A stretch of 60,765 nt of DNA from a virus (taxonomy: Duplodnaviria; Caudoviricetes). The notes under the pieces were generated by a model. It was given only the letters and a program-made list of their open reading frames with translations. It was not told the DNA's origin and searched no databases. The translations under genes were made by a program, and so were the position numbers. Each line of letters opens with the position of its first letter. The first letter of the stretch is position 1. The stretch lies in the IMG/VR virus record IMGVR_UViG_3300025890_000027, positions 1 through 60,765 of that record, one strand, 5' to 3'. Shown one piece after another: positions 26,401-36,382 of this stretch.

Positions 26401-29400
26401 CTTTTCGATAATATTGCTGATCAATTCCTTCAGTCTTCAAGTGAGCTAACCAGAAAAAACGAACGATTATGTCAGCTTGACGGAGAGTGGATCGGTTCCA
26501 GTCAAAATCTTTATAAACGCAACTCTCCGTATTTTAGTACCAGAACTTCAGAATCCGCCTTCTTATATCAGAGTAAAGACTCAAATTTCGGTGCGTCCGG
26601 CTCTTTCAGGACTTTTTCCTCAGATTACTACATTGCTCAAGGCGTCAATAACTACAATGCTTTCCAAGATGTACTTGCGTACGATATAAGACTTGCTGAT
26701 GGAGAAGTCTTGGTATACAATTCTGGATACTGGACAAACAGTTTAATTGATGATTTTTCTCCTATTCGTGTAAGCGACAAAGAACCAATGGGTGTACTCC
26801 AGGATGGTGACACTTTATACTGGAGTGTAGCAAGAAATGGATACATCAATGATCAGCCTCGCAGTTACATTCAATATGGATTAAAAGATATAACAAATGT
26901 TGAAATAGCTGGACGCTTAAAAAGCAATGATATGTTGATTTATAATTACCCTGAACGAAAATTCGAAAGCAAACCTGTTGATTATTTTAGCCGCATAAAT
27001 AGTCTTCTTGATGTCAGTCTTACGGAAGGTATAGACGAAGGAGACGTTCTTTCATGGAATTCTAAAAGCAACTCTTTTTCTCCAGAAGACCCTGACCCTC
27101 AGATAATTACGCCGCATTCTCTCCTTGACGTCGATCTGCTTGCAGAGCCACGCTCTCCGGGATCGCATCTCAACCATTACAATTACCCCACTAGTGACGT
27201 AATAATTTTAGTCTGGGATGGAAGAAAGCAGCTCTGGGTAAAAGGAGAAACTTACGGTTATTCGTATTCAGGGTCTTATACAAACAGAATCGTTGAAGGA
27301 GAGCATCAGACTCATGGTCTCCGCGACTTTTACATTCGGCGCCATGCTAACAGGATGTTAGGGATAAGTGAACGATGGTATAAAGGACCGTGGGACGCTC
27401 AAAAAGGTGCTTGGTATGACGAAAGTGGAGATATTCCTATTGACTATGTAAATTCAGCTCAGCCTTGTTCTAACTCTCAAAGAGGAGATGGCGGCGACTT
27501 TAATTATGCAGAGACGAGTACTGGAATGGCTTTAGGTATATTGGGTGGAGGCGACTTTGAGAACGGAGTAGAAGATCCTCCTGTCGAAATGATTATAGGT
27601 CAAGATGGTGGGGAATTTGTCGAAGCGATCGAACCTGTTGGGCTACCGCCAAGAAACAACGATCCTGTGTTTAGCAATACAGCTTATATCCTCGACTTCG
27701 AGGGAGACCATCCGTTTAAGAATAAATCTCTCAGAGGTAGCATTACGCCTGGTGGTATTAGAGGCAACGCAACGTTAGTATCGAGCGGAGGCGCCTTTGA
27801 CGGAAGGCATGTAAAGATTACTGACTGGGTGAGCAGCGAAGAACATGAAGAAGACGATAGTTGCGTATTCTTTTACCCTGAGGGCTACTTTGATGTAACA
27901 GAATATAACTGGAGTATTAGTTTTTACTTTAAGACCGAAGAAACTGCAGAAAATCGTAATGAATATCTGTTCTCCCAGGGTGATTTATTTATCGGTCAAA
28001 ATCAGATTCCAAAACCGACGCATCTTGTCCTTGAGCATAGATTTTTAGAAAACGGGGACACAAGCTCAAGCTTGAAATTTCGTTGGCACGACAGCCGCAA
28101 TGAAGACTATTACAGCAGCCCCTGGGAATTCGAAATGCAGATTTCAGATAATACTATAAACTATGGCGAATGGGAACATTTTGTCATTGCGTATGATGCA
28201 GAAGCTAGCCTTTTGTCGGCTTTTTACGCAGGAAGCCGGATAAGTCACCTCGATTTAAATTCTTTGGAGGGCATGATTAGTGATGGGATGGGAGAAGGAA
28301 TTTGGAGTGGCATGTATGTAAATACACATTATCAACAAGGGTTCTGCCTCGGAGGAAGGAATGCAGTAAATGCTACATTTGCTGGAATCGGGCCACTGAT
28401 TGGAGCTGTAGACGATTTCAAGCTGACTACACTTAGCTGTGAATATGATCCAGCTCTTGAGTCTATCCCTGTTCCAGGATCGCTAGTTCTAGAAGAGTTT
28501 CCTCCTACTTTTGACTACGAAACGCTTTTACCATTAAATCCAAGAATTGTTAGTATTTTAGGATTCACGGGAATGCCTGAAGCATATCCCTACGCAGACT
28601 CGTTATGGGACGTTACTTATGACAGCGTCGGTTTTGTCTGGGGAGATCACTCTAGCTTCGTTGACGTAGCGGAAGGAGATACGCGCCTAGAACCTGTTCG
28701 GCTTCCTGTTTTCACAAGGCCTGAGGCCCCTCTCAGGAGAGACGTAAGCGTAAATTACGAGGCAGACCCCAAAATAGCTTCCATGACAACAGCTTCCATG
28801 ATACATGGATTAGCCACAATTAATAACCAGAGTGACTATCAATTAAGCATTGAAACGGAACGAATGGGAGGTCAAGGCCTTTTGACGCGCTTGACTGATG
28901 ATTTGGCGATGAATTACGAAGATTTTACTTTTGAAGCTATCTACACAAGGAACCCACCGAGAGAAACCGCTACCATTCGTAATACTCCTATAGAGACTTT
29001 TAACATAAAGAAAGGTATGGCTCTTGTCGTTGTTGCAGCAGAGGAAGACTTGTCCGATCCTACTGCCGGCGACTCTTGGGGAATTAGACTACTAACCTCT
29101 GTTGAAAAAAGGTCGGAGCTAGTGGCGCATGAAGTGTATCCCGAAGGCGTTCGTTTTGAATGGTGGACCCAAGACAACGAATATCATCATCTTGATTTTC
29201 TTTATGGCCCAGATGCTCTTGACGGAACACCCAAAGATCGTCCTTATGATTTCTCTGTAAACGAAAATCAGGAACCGGGCGAAGATATGTATGTAGAGGA
29301 CACTAGTTACAATCCATTACGATTGCAACCCGGGAATTACAATCATACTGTTATTCAACGTAGCCTTCGGAAGAGTTCCATAACAGTATTTCACAATAAT

Positions 29401-29613
29401 TCAAGAAAGGAGCTATTCCATCCACGATTAGCAGAACCTTTCCGAGATATCTCAGCCTTACCTGATCCTCGAATAGGTATAGGGATAGACCCTCGCGTAA
29501 CTTTTGAATCGACTAACGACTTTAGTGGTAGAATAGCTGCTACTCGCATGACGAGGGGAATTTGTCTTTACGGCTCAGAAGCTAGGTTCCCTGATAAACA
29601 TTTTAGTCTTTAG
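23410..29613 (+). CDS. Giant fibre protein with several LamG-like domains
   Basis: About 2067 aa from GTG 23410 (MALFPKN, parallel to MALFSDN of previous gene); YTIQFWF, WSISFYF, FTFEAIY LamG-type motifs. Confidence 0.75.
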   Translation: MALFPKNLVWRHSGNSLEGIRRYMASFPDSQVRPGELIVLDGPDAYGDPRVSLMTLDPFHNELASVFGTIDQLADVPFPSRFALDRGNWPHGSCLVWYEVRMDVHPDDLYGPLVNYGPGWQVRRAFPYDISENSVEEFYDVDSVSLPEKIEGDSFVYSVANSRYESAPGFGDPSKNIDPSADLDDLVDIVYTEPVEGNSLIKWDQVAGEWKNVYLEPFLSTRSDVNFNNINPEDQQALVYGAFEEKWQAQDISTEGAVVIPDGRRSRNKELEYLVLPGTHESLNGKILDFGLGVTSEPTPSQPHGHDYVLNAASEIRAEGVTSEFWERFPKGSFYFEAPPGLDYGFLPYYERTGLARERYDHKEVQGLSKESRFQDISVSSNITPIPGLLNPSGQYYGDYTIQFWFRMATDAVEGIDDRTLFSLYAYGLGGGGDELSVVITKKGGERYINSPPHAMSLVVRYPRSGVFPWITERDLLFNIYPDIDYHVAVQWDAEAQRLKTWVDGSLRLAFETPDLDSFKYIDLESLFIGRNMRGYIADFNITLTTEYNEDYVERLAYSKDFNPPGHWGRKLVEGPKASLKTLGLTRTGLFSWISQEQPYAWTTAFGRNQFDTVSQSLDINYGSLLSGNILSWNAAEGKLSSTKSILAGDDSVSKNPGDLAGTAFNSVIDAAYYKIGQGTQTGNIKPMDYHRKGDFPYNDAGSNYFWGGELSFKAPVNLAGLPSVVSLPSGKAWQIPHDRKYSDLFENQTSSYLSLNRERDTEIEDWRQGLPSEQNSFLSWGFRFKLNEAISDYGSTTIAQGGDVSLRVEGGFFTIDVSLRISSGYFPDGFTLTNEWIYENGFFENATITLPGENVVADRDYEISILADSIEGKFSVYLNGRRQYIIVQAPFPSPGSTSTSVEVFSQESNAGLPQYLAIGNYSRDIDHALSPTLFSGGTACLYGAFFSFDRREDFKHQRYYDFSAFYDARISQPGVSLFTGARSQSPGFSDYFSLNYLFDNIADQFLQSSSELTRKNERLCQLDGEWIGSSQNLYKRNSPYFSTRTSESAFLYQSKDSNFGASGSFRTFSSDYYIAQGVNNYNAFQDVLAYDIRLADGEVLVYNSGYWTNSLIDDFSPIRVSDKEPMGVLQDGDTLYWSVARNGYINDQPRSYIQYGLKDITNVEIAGRLKSNDMLIYNYPERKFESKPVDYFSRINSLLDVSLTEGIDEGDVLSWNSKSNSFSPEDPDPQIITPHSLLDVDLLAEPRSPGSHLNHYNYPTSDVIILVWDGRKQLWVKGETYGYSYSGSYTNRIVEGEHQTHGLRDFYIRRHANRMLGISERWYKGPWDAQKGAWYDESGDIPIDYVNSAQPCSNSQRGDGGDFNYAETSTGMALGILGGGDFENGVEDPPVEMIIGQDGGEFVEAIEPVGLPPRNNDPVFSNTAYILDFEGDHPFKNKSLRGSITPGGIRGNATLVSSGGAFDGRHVKITDWVSSEEHEEDDSCVFFYPEGYFDVTEYNWSISFYFKTEETAENRNEYLFSQGDLFIGQNQIPKPTHLVLEHRFLENGDTSSSLKFRWHDSRNEDYYSSPWEFEMQISDNTINYGEWEHFVIAYDAEASLLSAFYAGSRISHLDLNSLEGMISDGMGEGIWSGMYVNTHYQQGFCLGGRNAVNATFAGIGPLIGAVDDFKLTTLSCEYDPALESIPVPGSLVLEEFPPTFDYETLLPLNPRIVSILGFTGMPEAYPYADSLWDVTYDSVGFVWGDHSSFVDVAEGDTRLEPVRLPVFTRPEAPLRRDVSVNYEADPKIASMTTASMIHGLATINNQSDYQLSIETERMGGQGLLTRLTDDLAMNYEDFTFEAIYTRNPPRETATIRNTPIETFNIKKGMALVVVAAEEDLSDPTAGDSWGIRLLTSVEKRSELVAHEVYPEGVRFEWWTQDNEYHHLDFLYGPDALDGTPKDRPYDFSVNENQEPGEDMYVEDTSYNPLRLQPGNYNHTVIQRSLRKSSITVFHNNSRKELFHPRLAEPFRDISALPDPRIGIGIDPRVTFESTNDFSGRIAATRMTRGICLYGSEARFPDKHFSL

Positions 29614-29642
29614 GCAACCTAAACGGATTCGCAACAAGGTTA

Positions 29643-32096
29643 GTGCCTACGCCTACAAACAGAGTTCCTGTAAGAGTAGCGCGTGGTTACTTCTCTACTC
29701 TAAGTGCTTCCATCTCGGACTTGTATGAGGGGGAGATTGTATACGCTTTAGATCAGCAAGCTCTCTATGCTGTAGAAGCTCAGCAGTTAATCCCTGTAGC
29801 CGGCACCAGTATCACTAGCGTAAATGGTGCTACAGGTAGTGTCCTTCTTGGCATAGAAGAATTAGAGGATACCACTATAAATTCATTGCTTGACGGGGAT
29901 ACGCTCGTTTATTCTAACGGAGAATGGATTAATTCGCCTGCGACGGCTGGAGGCACTGTTCTCAGTATTGATTTAAATGGCAGTGGAGGTATTGAGACTT
30001 CAGGAGGGCCGGTCACCTCAAGTGGGGTAATCGAAGTATCCTTGAGCAGCACTGGCGTTACCGCAGGCGAGTATACTTTTCCTACTTTAACTGTTGACGA
30101 GAAAGGACGCATTACGGCTATCCTCTCTAACGCTGCTCCAGATCAAAGTCTGAATGATCTTAGTGATGTAAACTCTCCTTTGCCAGGTATAGGCGATGGG
30201 TTGATTTGGGATGGAGTTAACTGGGTCAATACTCCAGATGTTGGAGGTGGAGCTGAATCACTAGATGAATTAAGCGACGTAGATGTCACTACTCAACTTC
30301 CCACGGAAGGTCAGGTTCTTCTCTGGGATAACACGCAAGCGACCTGGAAACCAGGAACTGTCGAAATTCCCCCCTCGGCTTCTATTCCTCTCAATGAATT
30401 AGTAGACGTTGAGATCCCTAATCCAACTGATAAGGATTTAATTGGCTACAATTCTGACACCGGATTGTGGTCAAATGGGTCCTTGCAATCCATTCTCTTA
30501 GCAGACCCTTCTGAGCTTGAAAACGGAGACGGGCTAATTTGGGACGAATGGAATAGCTCTTGGTACTCCGGTGTGCCTGGAAGCGCAGGGAAAATTGAAT
30601 ATCAAACGTATACTACCACCCAAGAGCAGTCTCCACTTATTGGTGGTAGCTCCTTACTGATAGACGAACCTGCTTGGGAAGATCTAGGCTTTACTTTGTG
30701 TGAAGAATTTGACAATAGCACGCGTTGGGTTGAGGGAGTTCAACAGTTCGTTTTAGACCTTTCGTCAGTTGGGAGCGCCGATACTTTTGCGTTTCATGAG
30801 GTGGTGCCCTATGGAGGCCAGGTTGCAAATTGGAGACCTCTTTCTGCTGATGTTTTCATTACTATCAAAAGAGAAACTTTTGAAATTTTAGAGGAAAATA
30901 GAACAGTTAACACTACTGATCCTACTCCTACTGGAGATCCCTTTAGTTTCCCCGACGACGCCGACCCAAATATTGCATTTGAATGCAGCATCTTTCCTCA
31001 GGATGCAAAGGATTTGGATATGCTTGTCTATAGAGCAGGCGTAATTCCTTCCTATACAGACGATGTTGGCGAACGATGGACAATCTTCCGGAGAGAATTA
31101 ATACAAAAAAATTATTTCTTTAATAACTGGGCAACTGAACTTTGGATCTCTAGTAAAGGCGCAGTTATTGTTAAACAAGGAAATCCTTCTTGGGAATATT
31201 CATGGGGAGCCAATACTGGTGGTCATGGCACTCTTCATAATTGGTACTTTGATCCAGTGCTTGGACCAAGCAATTACGGCGATGGGACCTGGGCGGACCT
31301 GCCAGTAAGTGGCAGCTACGTTGCCTTTGCTGGGCATCGTCTACTTAACCCAGAAAAAGAAGAGATATCCCTTGAGGATTTGAATGATGTAGATACCTTT
31401 GGAGTGCAGGTCAATCAATCATTGCATTGGTCTGGGACAGAATGGACCCCTAGTTTTATTAGTATCGATGAACTGTCTGATGTTGACACCACTACAAGCC
31501 CACCAGCGACAGGGCAAATGCTTCAATGGGACGGTAACAACTGGGTTCCCATAAATATTCCTATCTCTGGCGCGACTAGCCTTGACGAGCTTTCGGATGT
31601 AAGAACAACTGAGCCAACTCCTCAGGATACTAATGTTTTAGCCTATAACGATACAGAAAACCGATGGTTGCCAGCAAAACCTAGGGCTACCCCTGGAGCT
31701 CCTTTAAGCCTTTCTTCCCCTGGATTGCCGGGAGAGATGCGTTTTAACGATAATTATTTTTACATTTGTATTGGCTTAAACCACTGGAAGCAGGTTGGTC
31801 TTGTTGACCTTACAATTGATCCAAGCATTCAAGAAGTTGCCGATGGTGGTAACTGGGCTGACGGCTCAGGCGGAAGTGTTGACACCACTCTGGATGGAGG
31901 GGACTGGGGAGAAGGAACAACCAATGATGCACAAGGCGCTATTGTTGATGGCGGAATATTTGCTTCGACTATTGATGGCGGCAACTTTACAGATGGAACA
32001 AGTGGTGGGTATAATGTTTCATCTGACGGAGGTAACTTTACGACCGGAGCTCCTGGGGTTGACAGGACTAGTGATGGGGGCGTATTTACGCCATAA
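29643..32096 (+). CDS. Fibre protein
   Basis: 817 aa; MPTP...ARG cap, GVTAGEY...VDEKGRIT, LxxLxDV repeats, six C-terminal DGG motifs. Confidence 0.75.
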   Translation: MPTPTNRVPVRVARGYFSTLSASISDLYEGEIVYALDQQALYAVEAQQLIPVAGTSITSVNGATGSVLLGIEELEDTTINSLLDGDTLVYSNGEWINSPATAGGTVLSIDLNGSGGIETSGGPVTSSGVIEVSLSSTGVTAGEYTFPTLTVDEKGRITAILSNAAPDQSLNDLSDVNSPLPGIGDGLIWDGVNWVNTPDVGGGAESLDELSDVDVTTQLPTEGQVLLWDNTQATWKPGTVEIPPSASIPLNELVDVEIPNPTDKDLIGYNSDTGLWSNGSLQSILLADPSELENGDGLIWDEWNSSWYSGVPGSAGKIEYQTYTTTQEQSPLIGGSSLLIDEPAWEDLGFTLCEEFDNSTRWVEGVQQFVLDLSSVGSADTFAFHEVVPYGGQVANWRPLSADVFITIKRETFEILEENRTVNTTDPTPTGDPFSFPDDADPNIAFECSIFPQDAKDLDMLVYRAGVIPSYTDDVGERWTIFRRELIQKNYFFNNWATELWISSKGAVIVKQGNPSWEYSWGANTGGHGTLHNWYFDPVLGPSNYGDGTWADLPVSGSYVAFAGHRLLNPEKEEISLEDLNDVDTFGVQVNQSLHWSGTEWTPSFISIDELSDVDTTTSPPATGQMLQWDGNNWVPINIPISGATSLDELSDVRTTEPTPQDTNVLAYNDTENRWLPAKPRATPGAPLSLSSPGLPGEMRFNDNYFYICIGLNHWKQVGLVDLTIDPSIQEVADGGNWADGSGGSVDTTLDGGDWGEGTTNDAQGAIVDGGIFASTIDGGNFTDGTSGGYNVSSDGGNFTTGAPGVDRTSDGGVFTP

Positions 32097-32173
32097 AGTT
32101 TAAGCTTAAAGTCTATATTATTACCAGTTAAGTCTCATGGGTATACTAGCTGGAGTTTCAGGAAAACAGTCTC

Positions 32174-34186
32174 ATGCCAGTTCCAAGTCCCAGAAGCAAG
32201 TTGCTGCCAGCCCGTGGTAATTACTCGGACTTGGAGCAAAACGTCGGCGATCTTCTAGATGGCGAGATTTGCTATGCTATTGACCAAGACCAGTACTATC
32301 AGAAAGAAGGCGCAGGGCTTGTTGCTGTAGGCGCGACCAAGGCGCAAGGAGCTTTGGCTGACTCGGCTTTACAAGATGCCCCTTCTAATGGCTATCAATA
32401 CGCTCGCCAAGACGGCTCTTGGTCAATTGTAACTGGAGGAGGAAGTGGCGGAGGAAGTTCTGCTTATCCGGAAACAACCTTCACTATTGATGCCGATTCC
32501 ACCCCTAACTATTTATTTTCAGGTGCTGGTTTTACGACTGCTACGGCGAATCCCGACTTGGTTTTGATTCGTGGACAAAAGTATTCTTTCGATAATACGA
32601 GTGGTGCTCATCCTTTCCAAATCCAAACATCTGACGGTAGTGCTTATGACGAAGGAGTTATCGACAACGATACCATCGGTCTGGTGCAGTTTACTGTCCC
32701 ATTCGATGCTCCAGCCGAGTTAAGGTATCAGTGTACAGTTCATCCATCCTCGATGGTCGGTGCAATTGCCGTCTTAGATTCTGACTTGTCTTCTTTAGTT
32801 GATGTAGACCTTTCTGTCGCTCCTGCTAATGGCGAAGGACTGATTTACGATTCTACTTCAGGAAAATGGAAGCCGAAAGTTCCTGATCCGATCGCGGAGG
32901 AGACTTTCATTGAAGCTCAGTACATTGCAATCGCTCAGGACTTTGAGGATTCCGGCTCTCATTCAGGTGAGAAGAATGCTGATCTTTGGAATGGATCGGG
33001 AACCGAGCAAGACGGAGGTGAGATGCCGGTATCAGGTCCTGCCACTCAACCACCAGGCATGCACGGTACTAAATATATAGATTATACAGAATTTACGAAC
33101 TACAGTTTCCCGGGTACCAATGATGAAGGTATGCAGGGGCCCTGGGTAGGCATTGGCAACCAAGCCGTGTACATCGAGTTTTGGTTTCGGCATGACCCCA
33201 TCACGTCTTCCACACCGGTTGGTGATCAATTCGTATTTGGACAAGGTTCAGCTTCTCAAGCCGGTGACATCAACAATGGCCATGGAGGGCTTGTTATTAA
33301 GCACATCATAGACGTGGATCTTTCTACCACGACGGCACTTGACCCTACATTTAATCCTGACACAACGTATAGCGGGTTTGAGCCTGAATTTGGCTATATC
33401 TACACTAACACAAGTGCTCTTATCCTCCAAGACGGATTAGATAGTGATGGCTATTTCCTTGTTGGAACAAAGGAAATGAATATTGCGGATGGTGTCTGGC
33501 ATCATGTTGTCTTCATGCAAGAACCCACCGCGGACCCTCAGCCAGGGGGTGCGGCAAGTGGAGTATATTCCTGCTTTATTGACGGAAAACTTCGAGACAG
33601 GTGGGATGCTAATCAAAATCCTGGCACCACCCCTGTTGATACCAACGCTGGGGATTGGGACACTTATTATTTTGGCTGCCTGAAGGATGGAACAGGCCAC
33701 ATGAGGGCCGCTATTGATAACTTTGTCGTTTACGGCACAACAGAAAAGTTTCCCTATCCTGCAGGAGTCGATTCTGTAGAGGTTTACAAGGGGCCAGTAA
33801 ATGTAGATCGTACATTCAAGATTCAGACAAAAGGTTCTCCTTCATCGTCCTTGAGTGATTTCTCTTCATTACAACCAAAAATAGGCGAAGCCCCTGTATT
33901 TGATCAGTTTGGCAGCTACACACCTACTCCCGTACTTTCCATTCACGCTGTGTCTAATACAGCAAATGCCGGCGAAGGAACTAGCGGTACGCCATTCCCT
34001 GCAGATCGCGAAGATCTCATTTATTCGGATACAGAAGACGGTCGATACAGGTACCCGCTAGCTGTAGGCACCTGCTTGATTGATGCCGCAAACAACACCT
34101 TATTTATCTGGTCAGGTCCTTACGACGAAGCGGGATACAGCGCCACTACTGGAGGATGGAAAAAGATTGCTCTATTGGATATTTAA
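32174..34186 (+). CDS. Fibre protein with foldon-like, cupredoxin-like and LamG-like domains
   Basis: DAPSNGYQYARQDGSW; AHPF...YQCTVHPSSMVG; IEFWF...WHHVVF...AIDNF. Confidence 0.75.
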   Translation: MPVPSPRSKLLPARGNYSDLEQNVGDLLDGEICYAIDQDQYYQKEGAGLVAVGATKAQGALADSALQDAPSNGYQYARQDGSWSIVTGGGSGGGSSAYPETTFTIDADSTPNYLFSGAGFTTATANPDLVLIRGQKYSFDNTSGAHPFQIQTSDGSAYDEGVIDNDTIGLVQFTVPFDAPAELRYQCTVHPSSMVGAIAVLDSDLSSLVDVDLSVAPANGEGLIYDSTSGKWKPKVPDPIAEETFIEAQYIAIAQDFEDSGSHSGEKNADLWNGSGTEQDGGEMPVSGPATQPPGMHGTKYIDYTEFTNYSFPGTNDEGMQGPWVGIGNQAVYIEFWFRHDPITSSTPVGDQFVFGQGSASQAGDINNGHGGLVIKHIIDVDLSTTTALDPTFNPDTTYSGFEPEFGYIYTNTSALILQDGLDSDGYFLVGTKEMNIADGVWHHVVFMQEPTADPQPGGAASGVYSCFIDGKLRDRWDANQNPGTTPVDTNAGDWDTYYFGCLKDGTGHMRAAIDNFVVYGTTEKFPYPAGVDSVEVYKGPVNVDRTFKIQTKGSPSSSLSDFSSLQPKIGEAPVFDQFGSYTPTPVLSIHAVSNTANAGEGTSGTPFPADREDLIYSDTEDGRYRYPLAVGTCLIDAANNTLFIWSGPYDEAGYSATTGGWKKIALLDI

Positions 34187-34261
34187 CTAGAGTTATTAGC
34201 CCCTACTGGGGCTTAAAAATTGAGTGGGTATCCTAAGCCAGATTTTGCAAGCGCTAGAAAA

Positions 34262-35938
34262 ATGCCAGCTCCTTCGAATCGGATTCCAGTTAGACCGGCT
34301 CGCGGAAGTCGCACAGTTCTCACTGACTCTTTAGACAGTATTCAGGAAGGTGAAATTGTATATGCTCGAGACGAGGACTCGCTATTTATAAAAGAAAACG
34401 GACAGTTGGTTAACGTCGCCATAGGAATAGGCCTTGACGCTCAAAAAATCAGCGCAGAAATCACTTGGACTATCGCAACTTCCGCAGCTGAAGATGCCTA
34501 TCTTTTTAGTGGTCAGGGCTTTGCTTCTCAGATAGAAAATCCTACTATATATGTAATTAGAGGGCAGAAGTATGCCTTTGATCATCAGCTCGGCACAGAT
34601 CCCTTTCAGATTACTACACCAGATGGAACGCCTTATACCGTAGGTCAAACAAATACTCCAGCTGACGGATCAATCCTAAGATGGGAGGTCTCAATGCAAG
34701 CCCCCAAAATCCTGAGATACGTCTCAACAGAGGATAGCAATAAGAGTGGAGAAATTATCGCTATTTCTGATAGCTTTTCTTTAGGTCTTGAAGATCTCAC
34801 AAATGTAGGCGACGCCGTTCCCGCGGACGGGCAAGTTATGATCTACAGTTCGTCTCAAGGGTTATGGCAGGCTGCTGATTTGGCCACTGGTGGTGTCACT
34901 TCCTTGAATGGATTAACGGATGTAGACACTTCATCGGCACTTGAAAGTGATGTATTGAAATTTAACGGAACATATTGGGAAGCTTTGCCGGAAGCTACGG
35001 ATGTAGGGACCCCAGGCCGTAAAGTCACAATGAGTATAGACAGCACTCGTCGTGGACAGATGTTGGGGACCGAATTTATTTTGGACTCGACAGCCGACTG
35101 GGAAGGTATGGGCTTTACGGTTCTTTCTACTGACAACAATGAAACAGACTCTTGGGTCTACTTCCAGTTTGACAGCTTCGATTTAAATAAGTGGGTTCCT
35201 CTGGGAAGAAATGACTCAATTCCGTATAACAGTGATGGAGAGGATAGTCCAACATTCGCATTTGACGGAAGTGGCCGTCTTGTTTCTTGGACCAACTCGC
35301 CATTCGACGTCAGCCCCATCGCATCTACAAAAAATTTATCAGCTCCCCAGAACTGTGCGTTCTGCTTTACGGCTTTCCTTGAATCATCCAATTGCACTGT
35401 CTACAGAGCTGGGTACAAAGGAGCCTTGGAGTACGAAGGCGCCACTTGGAGTGTCTTGCGTGTTGAATATGCTAAATTTGACACTTTACTAGCAGTAGAA
35501 TATTGGCTGGGCCACGACGGAGACGTCAAAATGTTGTATGGTCGGCCTGATGGAAGTTTTAATCTAAATGTTGATACTAACGGCAACGGCTTTACTTTTG
35601 GTGGTCGAACTAACGACCCAACACTAGGAAATGCTAATTATAATCTTCCTGGTTTGACTCAAGATGCAGGCTATGGAATTGAGTTATGGTATAACGGTAG
35701 TGGCTACAACATTGACGACCTATCCAACGTAAGTCATTCTGGTGATTCCCCTCCTACTGATAACTTTCCTTTAGTGTGGTCCAACGGGTCTTGGGGCCCA
35801 GGAAGCATCGTCAGAGAAGGCTCTCAGGCGTCTACTTCCGGGGGAGAAGTAGGCATTTTTGCTGTTGATTCAGTCTATCTTTACGTCTGTGTCGGAAAGA
35901 ATGACTGGAAAAGAATAGCATTGGAAACCTTCGTCTGA
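34262..35938 (+). CDS. Fibre protein
   Basis: ATG 34262 gives MPAPSNRIPVRPARG, matching paralog starts; C-terminal YLYVCVGKNDWKRIAL. Confidence 0.75.
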   Translation: MPAPSNRIPVRPARGSRTVLTDSLDSIQEGEIVYARDEDSLFIKENGQLVNVAIGIGLDAQKISAEITWTIATSAAEDAYLFSGQGFASQIENPTIYVIRGQKYAFDHQLGTDPFQITTPDGTPYTVGQTNTPADGSILRWEVSMQAPKILRYVSTEDSNKSGEIIAISDSFSLGLEDLTNVGDAVPADGQVMIYSSSQGLWQAADLATGGVTSLNGLTDVDTSSALESDVLKFNGTYWEALPEATDVGTPGRKVTMSIDSTRRGQMLGTEFILDSTADWEGMGFTVLSTDNNETDSWVYFQFDSFDLNKWVPLGRNDSIPYNSDGEDSPTFAFDGSGRLVSWTNSPFDVSPIASTKNLSAPQNCAFCFTAFLESSNCTVYRAGYKGALEYEGATWSVLRVEYAKFDTLLAVEYWLGHDGDVKMLYGRPDGSFNLNVDTNGNGFTFGGRTNDPTLGNANYNLPGLTQDAGYGIELWYNGSGYNIDDLSNVSHSGDSPPTDNFPLVWSNGSWGPGSIVREGSQASTSGGEVGIFAVDSVYLYVCVGKNDWKRIALETFV

Positions 35939-35952
35939 TTCAAGCAAAAAAA

Positions 35953-36339
35953 ATGGCCAACTCTTCTGAAGAATCATATGCGGAGCAATTCCGCTCATCA
36001 GGCAAATTGCCAAAAGGGCCAGTTTCACCTTGGCCTCGTGGTCGCGAAATTCGAACTTTAAACTCTTACGTTAACAAGGCCGATGTGAGAAACGAGAACG
36101 AAATCAAGCCAACTCTTAAGGAAATGGCTGCAGGCATGCTGAGAACAGGAGGGCAGGCTCTTCATCATGGAAAATGTTCTACAGAAGTCAGGACCGAGAG
36201 GATGGAAACGTGTATGAGTTGCGAACATTTTCTTCCTGCCGAACAAAGATGCAGTCTATGTGGTTGCTATATGAAGGCTAAGACCTGGGTCGGCGGCGAC
36301 CCTAAAAGATTGTGCCCAGCTAAAAAGTGGCTTAGGTAA
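35953..36339 (+). CDS. Cys-rich small protein
   Basis: CMSCEH...CSLCGCYM...CPAKKW. Confidence 0.7.
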   Translation: MANSSEESYAEQFRSSGKLPKGPVSPWPRGREIRTLNSYVNKADVRNENEIKPTLKEMAAGMLRTGGQALHHGKCSTEVRTERMETCMSCEHFLPAEQRCSLCGCYMKAKTWVGGDPKRLCPAKKWLR

Positions 36340-36382
36340 CATATCGACATAACATTCGTCCGACGAGATGTCGGTCTTTTAT

